Translations under genes and position numbers: made by a program
IMG/VR virus record: IMGVR_UViG_3300049306_000006
Location: 1 to 64,000 of that record
Direction: 5' to 3' (one strand)
DNA length: 64,000 nucleotides
DNA from: a virus
Lineage: Duplodnaviria > Caudoviricetes
Shown here: positions 28,591 to 36,590 of the stretch, one piece after another
Layout of the letters: every line of letters begins with the position of its first letter
Numbering within the stretch: position 1 is the stretch's first letter
Notes under the pieces: model-generated
The model's input: the letters and a program-made list of their open reading frames with translations, nothing else
The model's database searches: none
What the model was told of the DNA's origin: nothing

Positions 28591-29411
28591 TGGACGCGAT
28601 AATCTTGGCGGGAGGTCGCGGCGAGCGGGTCGCGGGTCTGACGGGCCCGTTCTTCAAGCCGCTGCTGGAGGTCGACGGCGAACCGCTGGTTCGCCGGGCG
28701 GTCCGCGTCGCACACGAGACTAGCGACACGATACCGATCGTCGTAACGGCACCAGCGAACACCGAAGCCATTCACGACGCACTGACCGGGTTTGAGGCAA
28801 ACCTGATTGTTCAACGTGAGCCGCTCGGCGACGCGCACGCGCTGCTGACCGGACTCCTAGTTAAGCCGAGAGGCAGTGAAGCACACGAGACGGACGAGCG
28901 AGTGCTCGTGCTGCTCAGTGACAACACGACGACGCTCGCCGACGTCCAGGCCGTCACCGCGCACGAGGTAGCCGTCGGCGTCCAGCGCTTCGACAGGTCC
29001 AAGGCCGCACGCTTCGCGCGCTTCGAGGCCGGACGTTGGGTCCAGAAGGTTCCCGTCGCCGTCGATGACGTGAGCCTGGCGTGCTGGGTGGGTCCGTTCG
29101 TTGGGTCGCGCGCCGCGGTGTACCGTGCCACGCTCGACGTCGTCACGCGCGCGTACCTGAGCGGAGATGAGGCGCTGATCGGTCCCAACCTCGGTCAGCT
29201 GGTACCGAACGCCGAGCTAGTGACCGTCGAGACGGAGGACGTCGGTACGCTGGAGGCCTACGCCGAGTACCTGCGACTGCGTCGACTCGACAGGTGTCCG
29301 CGCCACGACGTCAGCTTCAGCGTCACCGAGCGTACCGGCGTCGGTCGACGCGTCTGTCCCAGCGGGGACACGTGGTACGTTGAGAACGACGTCCTACGTC
29401 AATATGAGTGA
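28590..29411 (+). CDS. sugar-phosphate nucleotidyltransferase (NTP_transferase)
   Basis: AIILAGGRGER..KPLLEVDGEPL, QREPLG.AHA, DVGT. Confidence 0.85.
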   Translation: MDAIILAGGRGERVAGLTGPFFKPLLEVDGEPLVRRAVRVAHETSDTIPIVVTAPANTEAIHDALTGFEANLIVQREPLGDAHALLTGLLVKPRGSEAHETDERVLVLLSDNTTTLADVQAVTAHEVAVGVQRFDRSKAARFARFEAGRWVQKVPVAVDDVSLACWVGPFVGSRAAVYRATLDVVTRAYLSGDEALIGPNLGQLVPNAELVTVETEDVGTLEAYAEYLRLRRLDRCPRHDVSFSVTERTGVGRRVCPSGDTWYVENDVLRQYE

Positions 29412-29557
29412 AAACGACAAAAGAGTAGGAGACACACAGGTGAGTGACAACAAGAGGGACGAAAACAGGACAGACTGGCCGATCGCGACGGTAATGTTGG
29501 GCTTTATGGCCGCAGTGGTTGCCGTCGTCTACATCATTGCGAAGGTGTGGTGCTGAC

Positions 29558-30064
29558 GTGATCGACAAGCTCGAGCACCTCATCCGGCTGCAGCGTGACC
29601 TGCAGACGCGGACGTTCGGCTTCGACTTCGCTACGATGACGCCAGACGAGCGGATCCGGTACATTCGTGACCAGCACCAGGCGATCGTCGTCGAGCTGGT
29701 CGAGGCGCTCGACGAGGTCGAGTGGAAACCGTGGGCCCAGCCGGTCAGTCCCGCTCACGGTCGCCGGATCAACCGCGACGCGTTCGTCGGCGAGCTGATC
29801 GACGTGCTGCACTTCTGGGTCAACATGGTGCTCGCCGTCTCAGGTGACGCGACGCCGACCGAGGTCGCGGACGAGGTCTTCACGCGCTACGCGCTCAAGC
29901 ACCGCGTCAACGTCCAGCGCCAAGCCGACGGCTACGACGGGTCCTCCACCAAGTGTCACAGCTGTAAGCGCGCGCTCGATGATCCGGCCGTAGCGTGCTG
30001 GCGCCGCGGTGACCAGGGGTTCTGCAGCCAAGAAAACGTCGACGTCAACTACGTTAAGAGCTAG
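29558..30064 (+). CDS. all-alpha dUTPase/dCTPase (MazG-like)
   Basis: ELVEALDEVEWKPW, ELIDVLHF, K..VN.QRQ..GY. Confidence 0.85.
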   Translation: MIDKLEHLIRLQRDLQTRTFGFDFATMTPDERIRYIRDQHQAIVVELVEALDEVEWKPWAQPVSPAHGRRINRDAFVGELIDVLHFWVNMVLAVSGDATPTEVADEVFTRYALKHRVNVQRQADGYDGSSTKCHSCKRALDDPAVACWRRGDQGFCSQENVDVNYVKS

Positions 30065-30077
30065 GGAGAGACAGCGA

Positions 30078-30284
30078 GTGAACAGCTCTGAAGTGTCTTG
30101 GCGAAAGAGCACACGCAGCGCCGGCAGCGGTGAGTGTGTCGAGGTAGCTCTAACCTCGGACAGCGTAGCGGTGCGAGACTCCAAGAACCCGGCCGGCGGA
30201 GAGCTGCGCTTCACGCACGTCGAGTGGAACACCTTCGTCGCAGGAGTCAAGACTAGCGAGTTCGACGCTAACGTCGACGGATAA
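30078..30284 (+). CDS. DUF397 protein (copy 3)
   Basis: WRKSTRS..GECVEVA..VAVRDSKNPAGGELRF...EWNTFVAGVK. Confidence 0.9.
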   Translation: MNSSEVSWRKSTRSAGSGECVEVALTSDSVAVRDSKNPAGGELRFTHVEWNTFVAGVKTSEFDANVDG

Positions 30285-30338
30285 GTCTCGTCGTCGGATA
30301 CGGTGTACTTGCGCGGTAGACGACGAGAAGGCGAGAAC

Positions 30339-31895
30339 GTGTACAAAGCTGTCGATGTCATGGGATTTGCGGGAGGTTTCACTCTCGGCGCCGTTCAAGC
30401 GGGCTTCGAGCTCGTCGGTAAGCGTGAGCTCAAGGGCGGCTTCGGCGTTCAGAACTGTGAGAGAAATCGACACCTTCTCGGCGACGCGTGGCGAGCGGAA
30501 GCGTGTAACGCCACCGAGTGGACAGTACCAGAAAGTGAAGTACACTTTACTCTAGGTAACCCACCCTGCAGTGGCTTCAGTGTGTTAAGTGCTAAAGCGT
30601 TTCGCGGTCCCGACTCCACGATAAACAAGTGCATGTGGGACTTCGTCGAGTACGCCGCGCGCGTCCGGCCGCAGGTCGCCGTCTTCGAGTCCGTTCAGCT
30701 AGCGTACTCGCAGGGTGGCGACCTGATGCGTGCGCTGCGCGCTCGCCTGGAGGAGCTGACTGGCGACAAGTGGAACCTGTATCACGTGCTACACAACGCG
30801 CTGTCCGTCGGCGGTCCCGCGATGCGCAAGCGCTACTTCTGGGTGGCCTCCCGCGTGCCGTTCGGAATCGAGTGGCCACGTCTCGTCGAGGTTCCCAACT
30901 TGGAAGACGTCATCGGTGACCTGCGTGACCTACGCCAGGCTTGGGAGCCGCAGCGCTACGTTCGCAAGCCGTCGTGGTACTCCGTCCAGTTCCGCGACGC
31001 GAGCCGCGCCGTAGACGGTCACGTCAGCGTCGACACGCCACACACGCGTCGGACGCTCGAGCTGCTCGAGCGGACCGAGTGGCAACCAAATGAGCACATC
31101 CAGCAGGTGACTCGCCGACACTTCGACGAGCACGGTGAGCTGCCGCCGTCGTGGCAGCACCTGACGGACAAGCTCAAGGGTCGCGACTTCTTCCAGGGCT
31201 TCAACACGCCGATCATGTGGCACCCGGAGCACCACGCGCGGGTCGTCACCGGCGGCGCGCTGCTTCACGCGATTCACTGGGCCGAGCGACGCATGTTCAC
31301 TCACCGTGAGGCTGCCCGAGTCCTCGGCTTTCCGGACGAGTGGCTGATCGAGCCGCTGCGCGGAGTCCCCGGACTGTTTCTCACGTGGGGCAAGGGAATC
31401 AGCGTTCACTGCGGCCGCTGGATCGCCTCCTGGGTCAAGCGAGCCCTCGACGGTGAACCCGGCTCGCTGACCGGTGAGCTGATCGGAGACCGTGAGCGTC
31501 TGATCGACGTCACTCACGCCTGGCGGGACGTCTATGTTACAGTCAGACTCGGCACACAAACACAGAGAGCTGCCGCTAAGCGAGAGGAAAGTTTTGTGAC
31601 CGAACCAACGACCGAACCAACGACCGAAGCTTCGACCGAGACGACTGAGACCGCTCTCCGCGGTCGCCCGCGTCCGTCGGAGACGCTGGAGCGTGATGAG
31701 GTAGTCTTCAACGCGCTGACCGAGCCGCTGTCGCGCGCCGCGCTGACCGCTAGGCTCGCCGAAGCGGGTACTCCGTTTGATCCGAAGGCCGTCTACCTGA
31801 GCATCTGGCGGCTTCACCGCGCGGGCAGGATCGAGCGCAAGCGTGAGGGTGGAACTCACCTGTGGCTTCGTACCGGTGAGACGCCGGCGGAGTAG
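30339..31895 (+). CDS. divergent C5 cytosine DNA methyltransferase with C-terminal winged HTH
   Basis: DVMGFAGGFTLG, GNPPCSGFS, FESV, RKRYF, REAARVLGFP, WGKGI. Confidence 0.8.
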   Translation: MYKAVDVMGFAGGFTLGAVQAGFELVGKRELKGGFGVQNCERNRHLLGDAWRAEACNATEWTVPESEVHFTLGNPPCSGFSVLSAKAFRGPDSTINKCMWDFVEYAARVRPQVAVFESVQLAYSQGGDLMRALRARLEELTGDKWNLYHVLHNALSVGGPAMRKRYFWVASRVPFGIEWPRLVEVPNLEDVIGDLRDLRQAWEPQRYVRKPSWYSVQFRDASRAVDGHVSVDTPHTRRTLELLERTEWQPNEHIQQVTRRHFDEHGELPPSWQHLTDKLKGRDFFQGFNTPIMWHPEHHARVVTGGALLHAIHWAERRMFTHREAARVLGFPDEWLIEPLRGVPGLFLTWGKGISVHCGRWIASWVKRALDGEPGSLTGELIGDRERLIDVTHAWRDVYVTVRLGTQTQRAAAKREESFVTEPTTEPTTEASTETTETALRGRPRPSETLERDEVVFNALTEPLSRAALTARLAEAGTPFDPKAVYLSIWRLHRAGRIERKREGGTHLWLRTGETPAE

Positions 31896-31915
31896 CGGGA
31901 CCGACGGAGCGACTG

Positions 31916-32293
31916 GTGGCGCTCTCCGGCGGTGACCCGGACGACCGGCCTGTGGCCGGTCGTCGAGGATACGTGAGCGGTGACGGTGGTGACTTTACTC
32001 AGGTGACGCTCGCGCGGCTCGAGGCCAAGTTTGACACGCTGGCGCAGGTACAGACGATGCGTCACGAGGCCCTAACTAACGACATCAAGCACATTCGTGA
32101 GACGCAGCTGACCACGTCAAGTGATCACGAGCTGCGAATTCGCACGCTCGAGCAGAAGTCGATCGAGCCGGCGCGCGTCTTTGCCCTCGAGCAGCGACGC
32201 TACGTCGAACCCAAGACGGTCATAACCGCCATTACGATCTTGACCGGCCTCGGGGTGCTAGTCATAGCAATCATCAACGCCGTAACACGGTAG
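31916..32293 (+). CDS. membrane-anchored coiled-coil protein (lysis-associated)
   Basis: DHELRIRTLE plus C-terminal transmembrane helix, upstream of the endolysin. Confidence 0.7.
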   Translation: MALSGGDPDDRPVAGRRGYVSGDGGDFTQVTLARLEAKFDTLAQVQTMRHEALTNDIKHIRETQLTTSSDHELRIRTLEQKSIEPARVFALEQRRYVEPKTVITAITILTGLGVLVIAIINAVTR

Positions 32294-32313
32294 TGAGAGC
32301 GAGGTGAGGTAAG

Positions 32314-32442
32314 GTGCCGATCGAAGATGACGAGCCGCAGTTCGAGCTGGTAGACGAGGAAGCTGGGCGCGCCGAGGCGCGTGAAAACACTGACGACGAG
32401 GAGGACACGACTGAGGACGACGACGACGACGACGAGAGGTAG
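32314..32442 (+). CDS. very acidic 42-aa peptide
   Basis: GAGGTGAGG RBS; MPIEDDEPQFELVDEE...EDDDDDDER; absent from the ORF track. Confidence 0.6.
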   Translation: MPIEDDEPQFELVDEEAGRAEARENTDDEEDTTEDDDDDDER

Positions 32443-32448
32443 TGTCGC

Positions 32449-33468
32449 GTGACGGTATTTGGGTGGGACGTGTCTCACTACGACTGGGATCGTGGTTTAG
32501 TAGACCTCCAGGCGGCGGTCGCCGACGGCGTCACCTTCGCCACTCACAAGGTCAGCGAGGGCAGCACGTACGCCGATCCGCTGTTCGACGACTTCGCCGC
32601 TCGGGCCCGCTACACGCTGCCGCTCTCCGGCGGCTACTGCGTCAACAGACGCGGTGACCAGGTGTCGCAGGTCGACTGGTTTCTCCAGCGACTGGACGCC
32701 GGTGCGCCGTGGTGGCGTGACGGACCGTTCATCATTCAGCTCGACTGTGAACGCTGGTCGAACAAGGACGGCGTCTACGCCTACGAGCCGTCGCTCTCCG
32801 AGATCCACGCCTGGTGTGACTACTTCGTGCAGCGCACCGACGGCCGGTGGACACCGATCGTGTACGCACCGAAGTGGGTCTACGGTGACACGCTCGCCGG
32901 CCTACGCTACCCGCTGTGGGCGTCCAGCTACGGTACCAACCCGGACCTACCCTACCGGCAAGCGTACCCGGGTGACGGGTCGAGCCGGTGGGCGGCCTAC
33001 TCGGGCATCACGCCGACGATCCTCCAGTACGGATCCCGTACGACGATCGGCGCGCAGACGATCTGCGACGCCAACGCCTTCCGCGGCACGCTGGACGAGC
33101 TGCGTACCCTAGTCACAGGAGATGCTATGAGTTGGGCCGATAGGTTCGAAAACCCCGGCGCACCCGGAACTGACGCCTCGGCGGCGGACTACCTGAGGTT
33201 CGCCAACAACTACGCGTTCCAGGCCATGAACGCCTCCTCGGCGGCGCTGGCGCTGCTCGAGAAGATCGCCGGCCAGCTGGGTCTGTCCGTTGAGGAGCTG
33301 GCCGAAGTCAAAGCGGCGGCCGAGGCCGGCGCCAAGGCCGGCGTGCTCGGCTCAGTCGACGAGCTGGTGGCCGCGTTCGTGGCTGCGCTGCCGAACGACG
33401 TCGCCTCCCGCGAGGATGTGGTGTCAGCGCTGCGCGAGGTGCTGATTCGCGGAGTCGAGCCGGTATGA
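32449..33468 (+). CDS. endolysin, GH25 muramidase
   Basis: FGWDVSHY, KVSEG, QLDCE, LWASSY, ILQYGS, DANAFRG. Confidence 0.9.
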   Translation: MTVFGWDVSHYDWDRGLVDLQAAVADGVTFATHKVSEGSTYADPLFDDFAARARYTLPLSGGYCVNRRGDQVSQVDWFLQRLDAGAPWWRDGPFIIQLDCERWSNKDGVYAYEPSLSEIHAWCDYFVQRTDGRWTPIVYAPKWVYGDTLAGLRYPLWASSYGTNPDLPYRQAYPGDGSSRWAAYSGITPTILQYGSRTTIGAQTICDANAFRGTLDELRTLVTGDAMSWADRFENPGAPGTDASAADYLRFANNYAFQAMNASSAALALLEKIAGQLGLSVEELAEVKAAAEAGAKAGVLGSVDELVAAFVAALPNDVASREDVVSALREVLIRGVEPV

Positions 33469-33719
33469 GCCACGTTGACTACGAGACGGAGATCAAGACT
33501 GGGCAGGCCGCACGTACACACGGCCTACGTATGTTTCTCATCGGTCTAGGTCTCGACGTCGCCGTCGCGGGGACGGTGTTTCTCGTGTCCGTGATCAGCG
33601 ACCTAGAGTGGACCCGAACATACTGGTTAATGTTGGGTCTCGGCCTAGCAAAGTCTTGCGTTCAAGGAGTTGTCGGTTACTTCGCGCGAAAGTGGATAAC
33701 TCCGAAGCACCTACGCTAA
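33465..33719 (+). CDS. holin
   Basis: 84 aa with two transmembrane segments, directly after the endolysin. Confidence 0.7.
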   Translation: MSHVDYETEIKTGQAARTHGLRMFLIGLGLDVAVAGTVFLVSVISDLEWTRTYWLMLGLGLAKSCVQGVVGYFARKWITPKHLR

Positions 33720-33735
33720 GTCACAGCACAGTGCT

Positions 33736-33796
33736 ACAACCCGCTTAGATAACCTTAGGCGGGTTGTTTGCGTTTCATCATACTGTATTATATGAT
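33736..33796 (+). promoter_or_regulatory. terminator hairpin fused to sigma70/HrdB-type promoter (cassette 1)
   Basis: ACAACCCGC...GCGGGTTGT stem; TTGCGT (33768)-N17-TATGAT (33791). Confidence 0.75.
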
Positions 33797-33861
33797 TGAG
33801 ACGTAAGCGAATAAAAAATGATGAGTGACAGAGCGACAATTTTGATGGGATAACGTAACCC

Positions 33862-33987
33862 ATGCCGCCGTACATGGCTCTGATGGTCGGCGACCGACCG
33901 GAGGACGAAGAGTGCGCCCGGATCGCAGGCGTGGACTTCATGTGGGCCGCTGATTGGCGCGCTCAAGCTGCTGTTCCCGCCGCCTGA
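33862..33987 (+). pseudogene. C-terminal fragment of a HAD-family phosphatase
   Basis: ALMVGDRPEDEECARIAGVDFMWA is HAD motif IV only; motifs I-III are absent. Confidence 0.55.
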
Positions 33988-34038
33988 TTTTCTCCCCCAC
34001 CTATCCCAAGGACCCGAACCCACTACGGAGTGTTAAGC

Positions 34039-34233
34039 ATGAACACCCACGACTGGACCCCCGAACAGCACCATGCCGAAGCACAACACCTGACCAACCT
34101 CGCGCGACAGCCAGTCATCACCGGCTGGCTAACCGGTTTTCGCACCCACAACGAAGTCGCCGCGCTCGCGCTGCTGCACGCCACGATGGCGCTCTATCGC
34201 CCCGCACCGTCCGGAACGGAGGAGCTGAAATGA
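34039..34233 (+). CDS. hypothetical protein
   Basis: GGAG RBS, ATG start. Confidence 0.6.
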   Translation: MNTHDWTPEQHHAEAQHLTNLARQPVITGWLTGFRTHNEVAALALLHATMALYRPAPSGTEELK

Positions 34234-34352
34234 TCACTCATTTCGACGCATCGGCGCCTGCGGAACCGGCCGTGGTGGCGCTGTATGGCCAGCTCTCCGG
34301 CGAGCTGGGCGCACTGGTCGACCGCGCCCGCACGGATCTAGCTGAGGGCTGA
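34230..34352 (+). CDS. small or truncated hypothetical protein
   Basis: ATGA coupling, GGAGGAG RBS. Confidence 0.45.
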   Translation: MITHFDASAPAEPAVVALYGQLSGELGALVDRARTDLAEG

Positions 34353-34386
34353 AACCCGGTCCGACTGAGACGTCTCACCAAGTAAT

Positions 34387-34429
34387 CTTAGGTAGACTGT
34401 TTGCACATTGTCACACCGTGTTGTATGAT
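34387..34429 (+). promoter_or_regulatory. sigma70/HrdB-type promoter (cassette 2)
   Basis: TTGCAC (34401)-N17-TATGAT (34424). Confidence 0.8.
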
Positions 34430-34469
34430 TATCACAACACAGAGAAACGACGACGAGGGAGAGTAAGAA

Positions 34470-34778
34470 GTGAACGTCAACGTCAAGCGCAACTCTAGCG
34501 GTCGAGCCGTCTCGATCGACCTGACAGAGGTTCCGCCGCGGCCGCGACCCGCCGAAGCCGACGAGGCGATCGCTGTAATCGGCGACGCACTGGGACTGAG
34601 CGCCCTAGCCGTCGTCAAGGTCTCCGGCTACTGGCTGCTCGGTACCCTCAACGAGACTCCCGGTGCTGGCTGGCGGCCGACGTACGGTCACCGCCCCGGT
34701 GAACAGACCCGCAGCTTCGACAAGCTGATTCGTGAGGGACTACAGGTTACCGTCTGTCGCTTGGTGTCCACCAGGTAG
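34470..34778 (+). CDS. early hypothetical protein
   Basis: GAGGGAG RBS downstream of the promoter. Confidence 0.7.
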   Translation: MNVNVKRNSSGRAVSIDLTEVPPRPRPAEADEAIAVIGDALGLSALAVVKVSGYWLLGTLNETPGAGWRPTYGHRPGEQTRSFDKLIREGLQVTVCRLVSTR

Positions 34779-34787
34779 TCAACTCTC

Positions 34788-34847
34788 CAGCCCACCTAAA
34801 AAACCTTAGGTGGGCTGTTTGCACTGTGTCACACCGTGTTGTATGAT
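34788..34847 (+). promoter_or_regulatory. terminator hairpin fused to promoter (cassette 3)
   Basis: 12-bp stem CAGCCCACCTAA/TTAGGTGGGCTG; TTGCAC (34819)-N17-TATGAT (34842). Confidence 0.8.
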
Positions 34848-34884
34848 TGTTGTAGCACACGAACGCTGACGAGGGAGAAGAGAA

Positions 34885-35289
34885 ATGATTAAGTGCGCTC
34901 ACTGCAGGGATCGACACGAGACCGTCACTGAGGTTCGCCTCTGCTCGCAGGTCAAGGTCGCCGTCGCGGTCCTCGACCGCACGCCGGTGACTGAGCCGGG
35001 TATGTACCGACGCAGCGGTGACGTCTTCCAGGTAATCTGGAACAAGGCGAAGACTCACCTGTACGCCCAGCGCTACGTGCCGACGTTCGTCGCGGGTCAA
35101 CTGCACAAGTTCGAGTTCGTTTACGACAAGGGCGCGATCTTCACGCTCGATGCTGTCGACCGCATGACGGTCACCGAGGTCGGTCAGCTCGGTCGCGACA
35201 CAGGCTGGTGCTGGGTCTGTCACCGCAAGCTTACCGTTCAGAAGTCGATCGAGGCCGGAATCGGCCCGGTCTGCGCGAAAAAGGTGTGA
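34885..35289 (+). CDS. DUF6011-like zinc-ribbon protein
   Basis: CWVCHRKLT..KSIEAGIGPVCAKK. Confidence 0.75.
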   Translation: MIKCAHCRDRHETVTEVRLCSQVKVAVAVLDRTPVTEPGMYRRSGDVFQVIWNKAKTHLYAQRYVPTFVAGQLHKFEFVYDKGAIFTLDAVDRMTVTEVGQLGRDTGWCWVCHRKLTVQKSIEAGIGPVCAKKV

Positions 35290-35294
35290 GAGTC

Positions 35295-35507
35295 GTGCCA
35301 GTCAAGAGGATCAAGGTGACAGAGTACGTCTGCGACGGCTGCGGAGGTACACAGGTCGTCACCGACCCGCTCGACGTCATCGGGTTCTCCGGCGTCGTCT
35401 CGGAGCAGTGGAGTTACGGTGGTACGGGTTCAGTCAAGTTCTTCGCCTGTGCCTCCGCGTGTCTTCAGCTCGCGATCGGTCAAGCGTTAGAGAAGTCGTA
35501 TAAGTGA
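35295..35507 (+). CDS. small zinc-binding protein
   Basis: VCDGCG...ACASAC. Confidence 0.6.
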   Translation: MPVKRIKVTEYVCDGCGGTQVVTDPLDVIGFSGVVSEQWSYGGTGSVKFFACASACLQLAIGQALEKSYK

Positions 35508-35743
35508 CCACGTACCGTAGAAAGGGAACGTTTCGTGCGCAGCACGCCGAGAAGTCCGGGCGTGCTGCGCAGCGCAGCGCGCTGCCGCCGCGGTGCACGC
35601 TGTGTCGCATGCCAGGCGTCTTTATGACTAACGGCGAGCCGCGCTGTGACGAGCACCGGCGCGATTGCACGTGCTCGCACGGCAACGACTCACCGGCAGA
35701 GAGCCACACAACCGGGTGTCCGCGGAGTCTAAGAAGAGGATAA
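35504..35743 (+). CDS. Cys-rich hypothetical protein
   Basis: CTLC, CDEH, CTC; coupled. Confidence 0.55.
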   Translation: MTTYRRKGTFRAQHAEKSGRAAQRSALPPRCTLCRMPGVFMTNGEPRCDEHRRDCTCSHGNDSPAESHTTGCPRSLRRG

Positions 35744-35747
35744 AACG

Positions 35748-36104
35748 GTGAGAGCCGAGCCTAAGCCAAGCTGGCGCACGCGCAACAGGCACGTAGCCGG
35801 CGCGGTAGTCACACAGAGTCACATGAGTCCCGAGTCGCTACGCCACGAGCTCTCCGCGACACGTCGCAGTCAGGTCTACCGCCAGGACGTCAAGTTCGCG
35901 CCGGCTGACAAACCGGTGCTGCTACCTCCGCGCGGCTCGCGCGAGCGCGCCGAGCTGATCGCGGAGATCGTGCGACTACGCGAGTCGGGTCTATCACTCT
36001 TGAAGATCAGCGTAGCGCTCGAACCGCAGCTTTCACAGCCTACCGTGGCAAACTTACTTAGAGAGTGGAAACGTTCCCAGAGAGAAAGCGAGGAGACGAA
36101 GTGA
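35748..36104 (+). CDS. HTH DNA-binding protein
   Basis: LRESGLSLLKISVAL..LSQPTVANLL. Confidence 0.65.
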   Translation: MRAEPKPSWRTRNRHVAGAVVTQSHMSPESLRHELSATRRSQVYRQDVKFAPADKPVLLPPRGSRERAELIAEIVRLRESGLSLLKISVALEPQLSQPTVANLLREWKRSQRESEETK

Positions 36105-36352
36105 GAACGTACCGACTTCCGCAGCTGTCGCGGCTCGCGCTGTGGCTCGCGGTTCACGTGGTTCCTGCTCGCGTGTTCGCAGCGATTATGATTATGACGC
36201 TTGACGGTCTCGCCGAGCACTACCGACCGGTGAATCACCACAGTGAAGACGGCTCACGCGAGCTGTTCGACGCCGTCTCGGCGATTCGCATCGAGAAGCT
36301 ACGTCGTCAAGTGTGGCGCTACGAGCTCAAAGCAACCGTAGAGGAGAAGTGA
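36101..36352 (+). CDS. hypothetical protein
   Basis: GAGGAG RBS; GTGA coupling. Confidence 0.6.
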   Translation: MRTYRLPQLSRLALWLAVHVVPARVFAAIMIMTLDGLAEHYRPVNHHSEDGSRELFDAVSAIRIEKLRRQVWRYELKATVEEK

Positions 36353-36356
36353 ACAG

Positions 36357-36590
36357 GTGAGCGAGAGACACATAGATCTACCAGCGCTGACTAGAGCGCT
36401 ACGAGAACTAGATCACCAGCAGCAGAGAACCGACTGGATAGGAGACCGCGAGGTCGCCTGGTACTACTGGCGTGTCGACGTCGAGAGAGCTCTCAGCTAC
36501 GCCGACGGTGAGCTGTTTCCAGACTACACAAACGATGAGCTGTTCGTCTCTACGGACACCTTCTTCAGAGACGGCGAGGAGAGAAAGTGA
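36357..36590 (+). CDS. hypothetical protein
   Basis: RBS; coupled. Confidence 0.6.
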   Translation: MSERHIDLPALTRALRELDHQQQRTDWIGDREVAWYYWRVDVERALSYADGELFPDYTNDELFVSTDTFFRDGEERK

